Below the pieces are notes generated by a model. That model did no database searches. It was given only the letters and a program-made list of their open reading frames with translations, and was not told the origin of the DNA. Both the position numbers and the translations under genes were made by a program. DNA of 64,000 bases, taken from the NCBI RefSeq assembly GCF_006345805.1, contig NC_043001.1:49042001-49106000 (forward strand), read 5' to 3'. The stretch comes from Octopus sinensis (lineage: Eukaryota). Below are positions 1-12,290 of the stretch, in pieces (position 1 is the first letter of the stretch; every line of letters begins with the position of its first letter).

Positions 1-252
1 CCCACAAAAAACATATTACCTACAGTAGACTCAAAAGTACCACTCGGGGCGAACCATCCCTAGGCACCCCCTCCCCAGCTACGCTGGTGTATTATTGTTG
101 TTTAGCTCTTGGTCAGCCCTGATCAAGAAGACCTATGACCAAATGTGTCCGGTTAATATATTACACAGGTTAACTATATATTAACCAATGCATACGAAAA
201 TGTTAGTCCCACCCCGCTAGAAATAGGAAGAAAGAAGCAAAAATAGACTCAC

Positions 253-356
253 CTTATCGTTCCTAGTATGTAGTACCTGATCCAAAACTTTATAACTTTC
301 GCTACTCTAAATTTACTCATATGATTCGTTATTTAATCTGAGAATGCTGTTTCTTG
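253..356 (-). other. Candidate minus-strand exon containing a possible start codon (ATG at 320; MSKFRVAKVIKFWIRYYILGTI..., continues off the window)
   Basis: Strong acceptor tccccttctttcag| and donor AAG|gtgagt in unique sequence. All three frames have stops, but the frame from ATG 320 is open to the donor. No homology recognised. Confidence 0.4.
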
Positions 357-599
357 CTGAAAGAAGGGGATGATATTAACAAGAAATGCATCAAGTAGGA
401 GTATGCAAAACTTTATAAGCAACACAGAAATTTACTAATAATGAGTGGAGGGCCTCTCTCGGCAAGAACATATTCTTGCTCTTTTTTAATAGTGTTGTAT
501 ATACTTTGAATAGTTCATTGTTTGAGTTAGCTCATATTGTGTAAGATTCAACGTATCAATTAAATTTGTGGTTGGTGCTATTGCACTCCAGGCTGGTCA

Positions 600-1400
600 T
601 TAAAAACCTCTAGGAAGGCATGTGCATAACATACTTTCCTTCATATTCGTCGCCCGTATATACTGACATGGTTCTTTCACATGGGATGCCCCTGGAAAAC
701 TGCAATTTCTGCAGTAGTGGCTCGTACAGATGGGGCGAGAGGAAACATCCTTGACGGAACGAACGCATGACACTGAACAGTTCCAATAGGTGACCTTTAC
801 TCTGACTACCGAGCATACTACTGTACATGACAACGATTCAGCCTCAGAAGACGAGCCCAAATCCAACCGCCTGTAAGGACAGCCTTCAAGTATTGTTCAA
901 CCTAATCGAAAGCTTTCTTTTGATCTAAATTTATATCCATGCCAAGTTCCTAACACAATCCTTTTTGTTGTATCGCGTAGGGTGGCTGTCGGAGTTAGAT
1001 CTCTTTGGTATGGTGCATGTCTGAACATTGCCGACCAGAGTATCGATGAAAAGCGCCAACTTCTAGGCTGACACGTTGTCGTAAAATTTGGGCTTTGCAT
1101 TTAGCAGAGATTATAATAAGAGATATGGGCCTAAAATTATCAAAAATCACTCCTCTTGTTTGGGTCCGTTCTCAGCAGCATTAACACGCCTCTTTTCACA
1201 GGACTGATAATTCTCTCGTTCTGCTGCTTGTTGCAATAAGCATCAGAAGTCTGGCGTATGACGATAAAACTCATTGGACAGACCATCCAGACATTTTCCC
1301 CCGTGCAGCCAGCCATAGCTTCTTATTTTTCAATTATTATTGGCTTTTTACTGAACTCCACATCACTAGTTGAAAAAACCGAGGCCACGACGCTGGGTTT
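600..1400 (-). pseudogene. Degenerate L1/Tx1-type LINE ORF2 reverse transcriptase fragment
   Basis: Frameshifted minus-strand motifs LDGLSNEFY, NFRPISL, LDQKKAFD, RQGCFLSPHLYEPLLQKL. Confidence 0.85.
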
Positions 1401-1743
1401 TCTAATGTCATGTGGAAATCCCTCTCATATTCATGTGCTTCTCGATTGGTAACTTTAAGTCACCACTGACTTTCACTGTACATTTATTGAAAGCCTTCTC
1501 ACTGTCTCTATGTCTTCACTTCGCCGAGTACGATTGTAGGTCTTTATTTTGTGCTGTTTTGTGTTTTGTTCCTTTTTTCTTTTATTTTTCATTTTTGCCC
1601 TTCCCGTCCCCTCACTCCACCACAAAAGGCTGGTTGTATGATCGAAAAACCCCGACTCGGACATGGAAAAGTATATGTTTCCTTCTCTGCGTATGTCTTT
1701 ATACATGTAGGAAGAGAGAGAAATAGAGAAATAGGGGAAAGCA

Positions 1744-1761
1744 GAGATAGATAGATAGATC

Positions 1762-1823
<62 letters not shown>

Positions 1824-1838
1824 GAGAAAGAGAAAGAT

Positions 1839-1890
<52 letters not shown>
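1744..1890. repeat. (GATA)n then (GA)n microsatellite
   Basis: Read directly. Confidence 0.98.
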
Positions 1891-1894
<4 letters not shown>

Positions 1895-1979
1895 GGAGAT
1901 CTGGGTTGAGATATCCCCTGGGTGGAGATTTTGGTGTTGCAATTGTTAATTTCCTCCACCGCAGTTTGTACGCCTAGCG

Positions 1980-2480
1980 GTTATATGTTGATGTTGTTAG
2001 TGCTGCTGTTTTTACTGTTTCTACGGTTGCTGCGGCTATTGCCGATGTTGTTATTGTTGCTTCTGTTTACTCTCTCGCTGCTGCTCTTGCTACAACCTTT
2101 GTTATTGCACGTTGTTGTTGTTGCCGCGATGGTGTCGGCAGCAGTGCGGCCCTTCTCTTCCCTTACGTGTTTTTGGTTGTGCGGCCAAAAGGCTCTAGAT
2201 GGTTGATCGTTCCACGCAAATGGCATTTCAGTCTTCTGGCCTCTACAGTTACTCACAGCACCATCCCATTTGACAGGAAGATGAGCATGAGATCTTTTCT
2301 AGGTGTTCAGATTTTATATGAGGAAGGACCTATAGTTTGATCTTTAACCAATTCTTCCATCTCATTCTCGTAACGTCCAGTACGGTATTACACCCCTTCA
2401 ACACTATGCAGGTCAGGATCCTCTAGAAGTCTATCTCCAGTGGGATTCGCAATACTGTTAGCTTTACCATCCTTCTTTCC
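1980..2480 (-). pseudogene. Probable L1/Tx1 ORF1 remnant (zinc-knuckle-like segment followed by a T/N/S-rich low-complexity tract)
   Basis: Minus strand VTVEG..RLKCHLRGTINHL resembles a decayed CCHC knuckle. It lies upstream of, and co-oriented with, the RT fragment at 600-1400. Confidence 0.5.
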
Positions 2481-2962
2481 ACAGAAGTGGGGAAGAGAGA
2501 GAAATCATTACTCTGGTGGGCGATCATAGAGTGCGAGGGTTTCAGTCATAAATAGGACTTCGACCTCGCCAAATCAACTAGCCCTGGACGTAATAGCAAA
2601 GGGCCTTTCTACTTGTGTGCCACACAATGCCTCTGACACCCGGGCCAATCAAACGGCTTCATGTCTTCGTGTGCGTGCCCTTGCTCTGACAATGCAACTT
2701 TTGTGTTTTATTTGTAATATTAGTCGAAGTCCAATCTCACTGCCTGCATGGTGGTCCCGATACGTTTCCTAAACGCCCTTTCTTAGGTTCTTAATAAGAT
2801 CTTCCTCTAGTTTGTCCACTATTTCGTTACTAAACCTTAATGACTTCATTCTCATCGTCCTTTCATACGGTCCAGTGGTCGTGTTTTCTGGTCTCGCTAT
2901 GATTTTAAACATTAAAATTTACGGTATGGTGAAATCTCTGTTGTAAGTGAAGTGTCTCCCAG

Positions 2963-3195
2963 GGCTAGCGAGCTGGCAGACACGTTAGCGCGCCGGGCGA
3001 AATGCTTAGCGGTATTTCGTCTGTCGTTACGTTCTGAGTTCCAATTCCGCCGAGGTCAACTTTGCCTTTCATCCTTTCGGGGTCGACAAATAAAGTACCA
3101 GTTTCGCACTGGGAGTGATATAATCGACTCAATCCCTTCGTCTGTCCTTGTTTGTCACCTCTATGTTTAGCTCCTACTGGGCAGTAAAGAAATAT
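2963..3195 (+). mobile_element. tRNA-derived SINE, family A (core gccgaggtcgactttgcctttcatcctttcggggtcgataaa); many copies in the window
   Basis: tRNA-like head with B-box-like gttcaaattcc. The core recurs at about 3320-3945(-), 13232-13410, 13960-14800, 24940-25117, 30893-31110, 32950-33160, 34263-34487, 34720-34955, 37975-38540(-), 53053-53255, 57555-57740 and 58128-58192(-). Confidence 0.9.
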
Positions 3196-3259
3196 ATTTA
3201 CTGTCCCCTTCTTCACATTTTACACGGCATGCGAACAACGATTCCGCCAACTTGCCGCT

Positions 3260-3317
<58 letters not shown>

Positions 3318-3318
<1 letters not shown>

Positions 3319-3945
3319 TCTTTCTGCTAAAGGCACAAGGCCTGAAAATGATTTTTGGGGGTGGGGAGGACTAGTCGATTACATTGACCCCAGTGTGTAA
3401 CTGGTACTTAATTTATCGACCCCGAAAGGATGGAAGGCAAAGGTGACCTCGGCGGAATTTGAACTCAGAGCGTAGCGACGGGCGAAATACCGCTAAGCAT
3501 TTCGACCAGCGTGCTACCGACTCTGCCAGCTTGCCGCCTTAATAAAAATAATAAACTTTTCTACGAAGCCTCGAGATTTTGGGAGAGGGGACTAGTCGGT
3601 GACATCGACCCCAGTTTTTCACTGGTACTTAATTTATCGACCCCGAAAAGATGACAGACAAAGTCGACCACAGCGTAATTTGAAATCAGAACGTAGCGGC
3701 AGACGAAATACCTATTTCTTTACTACCCACAAGGGGCTACACACAGTGAGGACAAACAAGGACGGACAAACGGATTAAGTCGATTATATCGACCCCAGTG
3801 CGTAACTGGTACTCATTTAATCGACCCCTAAAGGATGAAGGGCAAAGTCGACCTCGGCGGAATTTGAACTCAGAACGTAGCGGCAGACGAAAATACCGCT
3901 AAGCATTTTGTCCAGCGTTCTAATAATTCTGCCAGCTCGCCGCCT
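3318..3945 (-). mobile_element. Cluster of family A SINE copies with (AAT)n-associated tails
   Basis: Reverse complement of the family A core occurs three times. Confidence 0.9.
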
Positions 3946-3949
3946 TTAT

Positions 3950-4614
<665 letters not shown>

Positions 4615-4669
4615 TGTCAAGTCATAATTATGTAAATCATTTATCACCTTTACCTAGCCCTATTACATC

Positions 4670-4880
4670 ATGACTCCGATAATGCATGTGACAACGGGAT
4701 CCTCACGTTCTCGACCTGATATATGTAAGCGACCGAAGTGTTTTATGAGGACGGTTCCGAAAGAAGAGAACGTTTTTTTTCGAGAGATTTCGAGCTCATC
4801 TCCTCCAAGTTATTTATTTGAAGAAAATAGAAATGCGAATATAAAGTTTTACTTCAACAAAGAACCGTCACTTCCCAATG
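4670..4880 (+). CDS. OGFr-domain (opioid growth factor receptor-like) gene 1, coding exon 1
   Basis: Acceptor cctttacctag| before 4658, ATG 4670, ends NANIKFYFNKEPSLPN-G|gtacgt (phase 1). Matches the OGFr motif NLxFYxNxIxxxPxG. Confidence 0.85.
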
Positions 4881-5232
4881 GTACGTTGACTTGATTTTAA
4901 ACTTTCTGTGTAGTGATGACAGTGTTACTGTTTTCTTTATATTTGTCGAACGATGAGTAAGAATCCCTTAGTTCAACCGTGTGGTGTGAGACTGAAATTC
5001 GTACTCTTTGAAGTTCGTTTTTGAACTTGTGTAGTTCGACGTTTGGAGGGGCAAAAAGTGAACAGTAAAGAATTCCCCTGGAATTCTTGATTTTATTAGC
5101 TTAGCACTTCTCCTTATTTGGATTTAGTCCTAACTGCCACCTAGCGATTGTTTTATTTTCTCGGAAGCAGAGGTAATAAAAAAAAATGAAAAAAATTAAT
5201 CCTGCATTTAATCTGCTCGTATTCCTCATTTT

Positions 5233-5353
<121 letters not shown>

Positions 5354-5414
5354 AAAAACTTACTTGGAGAAAGAAAAGAAACGAAACGACGCGAGGGCGC
5401 TCAGTCATACAAAA

Positions 5415-6140
5415 TTTAATAAATAAAATATATGCATACATACATATATGTACGTACCGACATCTACCTGTATATATACATGCATATATATATGAGTACA
5501 GGACACCACAAATAGACGTAGAACTCAACGAGAAACGGAAACATAAAAACAAACATGGAAACGGACTTTTTTTAACAACGAAAAAACAGAGTACAAGACA
5601 AACAATACAAGGAATATTCCCCTTCATCAGCTGTCCCTGGTTCGACTCCATGCGTGTTTCGAAGGTAAGGACAGAACACGACCCGACGAACCAGTCCTTC
5701 CTGCAAAAGAATTAAATAAAATTCCTTTGCAGAAGGGTAAAAACAAGGAAAGAAAAAAATGTAACAAGAACAGGACGTAAAAGCAATACAAATAAAAATA
5801 CGAATACAAAATAATTTTTATTTTATTTTGTATTCGTATTTTTATTTGTATTGCTTTTACGTCCTGTTCTTGTCACATTTTTTTCTTTCCTTGTTTTTAT
5901 CCCTCTGCAAAGGAATTTTATTTAATTCTTTTGCAGGAAGGACTGGTTCGTCGGGTCGTGTTCTGTCCTTACCTTCGAAACACGCATAGAGTCGAACCAG
6001 GGACAGCTGATGAAGGGGAATATTCCTTGTATTGTTTGTCTTGTACTCTGTTTTTTCGTTGTCAAAAAAAGTCCGTTTCCATGTTTGTTTTTATGATTTC
6101 GTTTCTCGTTGAGTTCTACGTCTATTTGTGGTGTCCTGTA

Positions 6141-6206
<66 letters not shown>

Positions 6207-6272
6207 TGTATATATGCATGTAGATGTCGGTACGTACATATATGTATGTATGCATATATTTTATTTATTAAA
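5415..6272. repeat. About 860-bp fold-back palindrome (centre about 5818) of a PLE-terminal-repeat-like sequence in microsatellite context
   Basis: 5415-5814 is the reverse complement of 5823-6272 apart from a few substitutions and (TA)n length. Confidence 0.95.
5943..6018 (+). ncRNA. Candidate non-circularly permuted hammerhead ribozyme (mirror copy at 5619-5694, -)
   Basis: Strand order CGUGU-U-CUGUCC / CCUUC-GAAA-CACG / GGACAG-CUGAUGA-AGG. Stem I is 6 bp and stem III is 5 bp, both perfect; extra helix CUGGUUCG/CGAACCAG. Confidence 0.75.
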
Positions 6273-6364
6273 AATTATATATATATATATATATATATGC
6301 GCACACACATACACATGAATATGAATATATGTATATATGTACATATGCACACACACACACACAC

Positions 6365-7634
6365 ATTAGCAGAGATACCCGGCGTTGCTCGGGATTAAAA
6401 CGGCAGAGTTTGTTTTTATATATATATATTACATTTGTGGAGTAAATGTTAAAGCTTTGCATCTGTTTCGGAAAGCTATTCTATTGAACCTCTGCGTAAT
6501 CTGGCGTGCTAAACGTTGTTTTAATGATTCAGCATTAAGTGCTGCAGCATGCATTTGCTGATCTTGAGAAAGTCTCATTTCCCTTCTGTCTTGGGACTGT
6601 ATTTTCCTTTGGTGATCTTTGGAAAGTGTCATGTCCCTTCTGTATTGAGACTCCATCTGACTTGCTGCATAATGCCTTTGCTGATGTTGAGAAAGTCTCA
6701 TGTCTCTTATCTCTTGAGACTCTCGCCTTCAGTTTTCTGCACACCTCTTTGCTTTATAGGTGTTTCTGGAGAGATTACGGTTTCACTTTGGTGGCATATT
6801 TTTTTTTTCAATATTTTAAACAAAAAATTAGATACATAGAAAAAAATACATTAATCTCTATTTTTGCAAGCAGTTGTATGTATGTAGTATGTCTATATTT
6901 TTGTATGCAATGTAAAGTTACCAAATATAAACAATATGTAAATACCTTGCAAGCTTGCTATTGCTGCAATAATTATGAATTCTTAATGGAACGGTAGATG
7001 TGTATTTTTTATATATAACTTGGACCTTCCACGTAATTGTTTTTGTCGAGAGTTTGCGTAGATGTATGCGCGTGTGTAATAACGTAGGTAACGAGCGTGA
7101 AAACACACACTCACAGACACATACACATTCGTATACAAAATGTGACGATACGCACACATACACTCTCACATGCAGACACATACATATAGTTAGAGAGACA
7201 CATACAAACATACATTCATGCATGTCAGTCGTCACATGTGTATATGTATGTGTAGATATGTGTGTACGTTTAATAACGTACCTAACGCGGATGCACGCAC
7301 ATAGAAAGACATACACACTCAATACATCCACACACATACACTCAGAGACACATACACACATATATGTGACGTTGTCATCGTAGTAGTTTGAAATGTCCTT
7401 TAGTGTCTCGTACGCATCGAACGCACAAACACACGCACAAAACTAAAAGAATAAAAGTGAAGCAATATTACACAGCGGTTTTCGATAGAGGGAGAAATGT
7501 AAATAGTGTATTTAGATAGACGGGGTACAGAAAATTTGAAATAAGTAAAGTAATATTATAGAGAGAATGTACAAATAGCGTGAAACAAAGATATTTACAC
7601 TCGACAAAATTGAAATACACTGAAGCCAATTTTA

Positions 7635-7669
<35 letters not shown>

Positions 7670-8213
7670 GAGAGAGAGAGAAAGAGGGAGAGAGAGAGAG
7701 AGAGAGTGATTGAAAGAAACAGATATCTGTGCAATCTTTCGTTTGTAGTAGCACGTTTCCGTCGATGATTTCCGTAAAAAACTTTTCCCGCAAACCCATA
7801 TGTAAAAAAATAAAAGTTTTTTACGGAAATCATCGACGGAAACGTGCTACTACAAACGAAAGATCGCCGATATCTGTATATGTGAAAGTGAGAAAAAGGG
7901 AAAGAGATAAATAGAGAGAAATGGGAGAGACTTGTTTGAAAACTGCAGAAGTGAAAGGGAGAGAATCGGTTGGAAACTGCAGTCTTTTGAAGAAGAATCC
8001 ACGTGAAAAACTGTTTTTTTCATGGTCGGTTTGTTGCATTACGCGGGAGCTCTGGGAAAAAACTCATTGTGTTTGACCATCCATGGCCCATGAGTAATGT
8101 GTGTAAAGTTTGGTGAAAATCGGTTGAAAACTGTAGAAATGCATGCGTATTACACACACAGACTCACACACAGACACACACACACAAACATCCTTTGCTT
8201 TATATATATCGAT
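6365..8213 (+). mobile_element. Helentron/DINE-1-like non-autonomous rolling-circle element with a Helitron-like coding remnant
   Basis: 5' ttagcagagatacccggcgttgctcggg hairpin and 3' gtaaagtttggtgaaaatcggtt..(AC)n..gctttatatatatcgat. Minus-strand repeats ESQ..RREMRLSQDQQ.HAAA at 6480-6740 resemble Helitron N-terminal repeats. Confidence 0.6.
7734..7864. repeat. Perfect 53-bp inverted repeat with a 25-nt loop
   Basis: 7734-7786 is the exact reverse complement of 7812-7864. Confidence 0.95.
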
Positions 8214-8221
8214 ATATACAA

Positions 8222-8412
8222 GAATTGGCGCTAGGAAGGGCATCCAGCCGTAGGAGCAATGCCAAAACAAACATCAGAGCCTGTTACAGTCATATAACTT
8301 GCCAGTTCCTGTCAAAGCTACCCATGCCAGCATGGAAAACGTACGTTAAATATAATGATGATGATGATGATGATGATGATGACGATGACGATGATGATGA
8401 GGATGATGATGA
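8222..8412 (+). mobile_element. SINE family C fragment (ggaagggcatccagccgtag) with (GAT)n tail; other copies at 12316-12458(-) and 48250-48440(-)
   Basis: Shared core, gacgttaaa-type end and (GAT)n/(CAT)n tails. Confidence 0.75.
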
Positions 8413-9093
8413 TGGTATATATGCTGTGGTTAGTTTACACTGTACTTAGCGTTGTTACTAGTTCTGACATAAAAAGCATATGTTGTGGAAAATTAAGATA
8501 ACCACAAGCATAGATTAATAGTACCTACGTACGTTTCACCATTGCAGTTATTGCATGTTCCAAGTGCATTTGGATGCCTGACCGCAATGGATCATCAGGG
8601 GAACACTTCACTATATTCATTTATATGTGTATATTTTTTATGTATGTATGTATGTATTTATGTATGTATGTATGAATGTATGTATGTATATATATATATA
8701 TATATGTATGTATGTAATGTATGTGTATATGTGTGTATGTAAGTATGCTTGTATGTATGCATGTATACATATATGTATGTGTGTGTGTGTATATGTATAT
8801 ATATATATGTGTGTTTGTGTGTGTGAATGCATTATATATATATATGTGTGTGTGTGTGTATGTATGTATAATGCATGCAAACACATATTCGTATAAGAAT
8901 AATTGCGTCACGAATGATTATGGCTTAATAGTATTTGAAGGTTTTCCATGTGTCAAATATGTTGTAAATGCGCAGCTATTGCATAACCTCAGCTGTCTAT
9001 CCCTATCCCTTGAAAATATTTTTTCTCAAAGTCAAAAAAATAACGCAGTAAACATTATTCACCGTGACCTACCTTCCAATGTCTTTTTTTAAG

Positions 9094-9172
9094 GTGCCTA
9101 TATAGAAGTAATTTTGGAATCTTGGGCTGAGGATTTTGAAATACTCCAGCACCATAGTGGGTACATACAATG
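9094..9172 (+). CDS. OGFr-like gene 1, coding exon 2
   Basis: ttttttaag|..|gtaagt. Encodes (G)AYIEVILESWAEDFEILQHHSGYIQ(W); phases 1 and 2 fit both neighbours. Confidence 0.93.
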
Positions 9173-9295
9173 GTAAGTGCCTGATTAAATTTTTGCCTTA
9201 TCATTTTTTTATTGCCTGAGAAATATACATGATCTTTGTACTTTGACGGGCTAGATATTGTTTTATGTATTGGTCAGGTAGTCGTCTGTCTAAAT

Positions 9296-9636
9296 CAGTG
9301 GTTCTCAACCGGGGTCCATATGGCCCCTGAAAGTGCCTGTAAGATTTTTGGGGTCCACGCAACAAAATAGTAAATCGGAGATCCCCAATAATATTTTAAG
9401 GGCCCTTAAAATGCTTTAGATGTATGTATTGGTATGTATTGCAAGAAACATCTAGGATTCTTTCTCTAACATTTTACATAGTTTATCCTACACAAGTTAA
9501 TGTTTAAAAACAATATAGGAATTTTGAAAGAAGTTTCTATAAGGCTAATCTTTAAACATTGAACGGCTATGGGGGTCCACCAGAATAAAATAGTAATCAA
9601 AGGGACCCATTGATGAAAAATGGTCCAGAACCCCTG
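9296..9636. mobile_element. hAT (Charlie-like) MITE
   Basis: Ends cagtggttctc / agaacccctg with 8-bp TSD gtctaaat / gtctacat. Related copies at 45011-45290 and about 54411-55343. Confidence 0.85.
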
Positions 9637-10284
9637 GTCTACATGATAACTGGGTAGAGGCAGTGTGTATATGTTGATTGGATTGGTAGATAGATACACA
9701 GAGTGTCGATGTTTACTGAATAGTAAACGTGTGTAGTTATTGACTGGAGGAATATAGTATGTAGGGGTTGATTTGATTGACACAATGAACATATTTTGTG
9801 TAGATATTGGATAGTCACTGTATTAATATAAATACAGGGGACATTCAAATGTACATAGATGTTGATTGGATGGTATACATAAATGTTGATACAATGTGTA
9901 GACGTTGATTATGCAGAGAATATTTGTAAGTTGGTTTGATTCGCACTTTGTGTAGATCTTGACAGCAGAGATAGACATAGAGAAACATAATGTTTAAATG
10001 TGAACAGGTTATATACTGGGTATAGATGAAAACTGGGGAGAACTGTGCATACCTATTAATTGGATTGATATAGGGTACAGATATTGATTGAATTGAATTG
10101 AAAAATATTGCTGAAATCGTCTGGATAGAAACAGTACGTAAGATGTTCACTCGACATACATACCTTGCAAGCTCACTATTTTGCCTCCGGTGTAAATAGT
10201 GACTTGGTGGACAAAGAGTGAAAAAATGTCTACCCAGTAGAAATAATGCATAGATTTTGCTTATGAGTCAATCTATGCAGATTT

Positions 10285-10329
<45 letters not shown>

Positions 10330-10416
10330 TATATATATATTACGGAGATGTACTCGCATAGCAAGTATATATATATATATTACGGACATGTACTCGCATA
10401 GCAAGTATTATATATA

Positions 10417-10474
<58 letters not shown>

Positions 10475-10476
<2 letters not shown>

Positions 10477-12290
10477 TAGTCAATTTAGGGTAGCAAAAAA
10501 TTTAATAGAAATTTATCGCTACCAGCGGCCTGATGGAAAAGAGAAAATAGTCAACGACTAATATATATATATAACAATTTAGGAGTGACCCTCACAGGTC
10601 ATTCGTCCACCAGAAAGAGCAGCCATAACTCACACACCGCCAAGTAGTAGTAATTCAGAAATTAGGTGAAAATTTAAAAACATTTACCCCAATTCTTCTT
10701 TTAGACGTTGCAACGTTTCTGTGTCATTAATGATTAAATTAGCTTAATTAAATTAATTAAGCCAATCTACCATAGGTTACACTTCATCAGTAAAAAACCT
10801 GGGAGAGACAAATATACACGAGGCGTCTGTATCGATGCCTACGGAATATAGTCTTAAAATTTTCAAGACTGACGCATTCGCGCCAAACTTATCAGCAGTA
10901 AATATAAACTGCCGATTCAATCTCAAAATATTCAGAAAATTATCAATTAGTCAATTTAGGGTAGCAAAAAATTTAATAGAAATTTATCGCTACCAGCGGC
11001 CTGATGGAAAAGAGAAAATAGTCAACGACTAAATATATATATATAACAATTTAGGAGTGACCCTCACAGGTCATTCGTCCACCAGAAAGAGCAGCCATAA
11101 CTCACACCGCCAAGTAGTAGTAATTCAGAAATTAGGTGAAAATTTAAAAACATTTACCCCAATTCTTCTTTTAGACGTTGCAACGTTTCTGTGTCATTAA
11201 TGATTAAATTAGCTTAATTAAATTAAATTAAGCCAATCTACCATAGGTTACACTTCATCAGTAAAAAACCTGGGAGAGACAAATATACACGAGGCGTCTG
11301 TATCGATGCCTACGGAATATAGTCTTAAAATTTTCAAGACTGACGCATTCGCGCCAAACTTATCAGCAGTAAATATAAACTGCCGATTCAATCTCAAAAT
11401 TATTCAGAAAATTATCAATTAGTCAATTTAGGGTAGCAAAAAATTTAATAGAAATTTATCGCTACCAGCGGCCTGATGGAAAAGAGAAAATAGTCAACGA
11501 CTAAATATATATATATAACAATTTAGGAGTGACCCTCACAGGTCATTCGTCCACCAGAAAGAGCAGCCATAACTCACACCGCCAAGTAGTAGTAATTCAG
11601 AAATTAGGTGAAAATTTAAAAACATTTACCCCAATTCTTCTTTTAGACGTTGCATTAATCATTAATGACACAGAAACGTTGCAACGTCTAAAAGAAGAAT
11701 TGGGGTAAATGTTTTTAAATTTTCACCTAATTTCTGAATTACTACTACTTGGCGGTGTGAGTTATGGCTGCTCTTTCTGGTGGACGAATGACCTGTGAGG
11801 GTCACTCCTAAATTGTTATATATATATATTTAGTCGTTGACTATTTTCTCTTTTCCATCAGGCCGCTGGTAGCGATAAATTTCTATTAAATTTTTTGCTA
11901 CCCTAAATTGACTAATTGATAATTTTCTAAATAATTTTGAGATTGAATCGGCAGTTTATATTTACTGCTGATAAGTTTGGCGCGAATGCGTCAGTCTTGA
12001 AAATTTTAAGACTATATTCCGTAGGCATCGATACAGACGCCTCGTGTATATTTGTCTCTCCCAGGTTTTTTACTGATGAAGTGTAACCTATGGTAGATTG
12101 GCTTAATTTAATTTAATTAAGCTAATTTAATCATTAATGACACAGAAACGTTGCAACGTCTAAAAGAAGAATTGGGGTAAATGTTTTTAAATTTTCACCT
12201 AATTTCTGAATTACTACTACTTGGCGGTGTGAGTTATGGCTGCTCTTTCTGGTGGACGAATGACCTGTGAGGGTCACTCCTAAATTGTTA
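10475..12290. mobile_element. HHR-bearing tandem and inverted array (family HH-A): 2.5 direct copies of a 471-472-bp unit, then about 1.35 inverted copies, inside (TA)n
   Basis: Units start at 10475, 10946 and 11418; inversion junction at 11654/11655. This architecture is typical of Penelope-like terminal repeats and retrozymes. Confidence 0.92.
12068..12165 (+). ncRNA. Type I hammerhead ribozyme (also 10699-10795 and 11169-11266 on -)
   Basis: UUUUA-CUGAUGA-AGUGU..ACACA-GAAA-CGUUGCAACG-UC-UAAAA. Palindromic stem III, GUC triplet, long stem II insertion. Confidence 0.88.

Noticed and set aside
493-540. Possible 5' UTR exon of OGFr-like gene 1
   Set aside because: Good acceptor but weak donor context; it cannot be supported without transcripts.
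2963-3060. tRNA genes at SINE heads
   Set aside because: Only A/B-box-like remnants continuing into SINE bodies; no complete cloverleaf.
5943-6018. HDV-like ribozyme or ordinary type II hammerhead reading
   Set aside because: There is no HDV P3/L3/P4 arrangement. In the type II reading (GUC at 5991-5993) stem I cannot pair, whereas the Z-Y-X reading pairs fully.
9640-10150. Degenerate tgtagatgttgatt-like periodic region
   Set aside because: Too decayed to define a unit by eye; no coding or structural signal.
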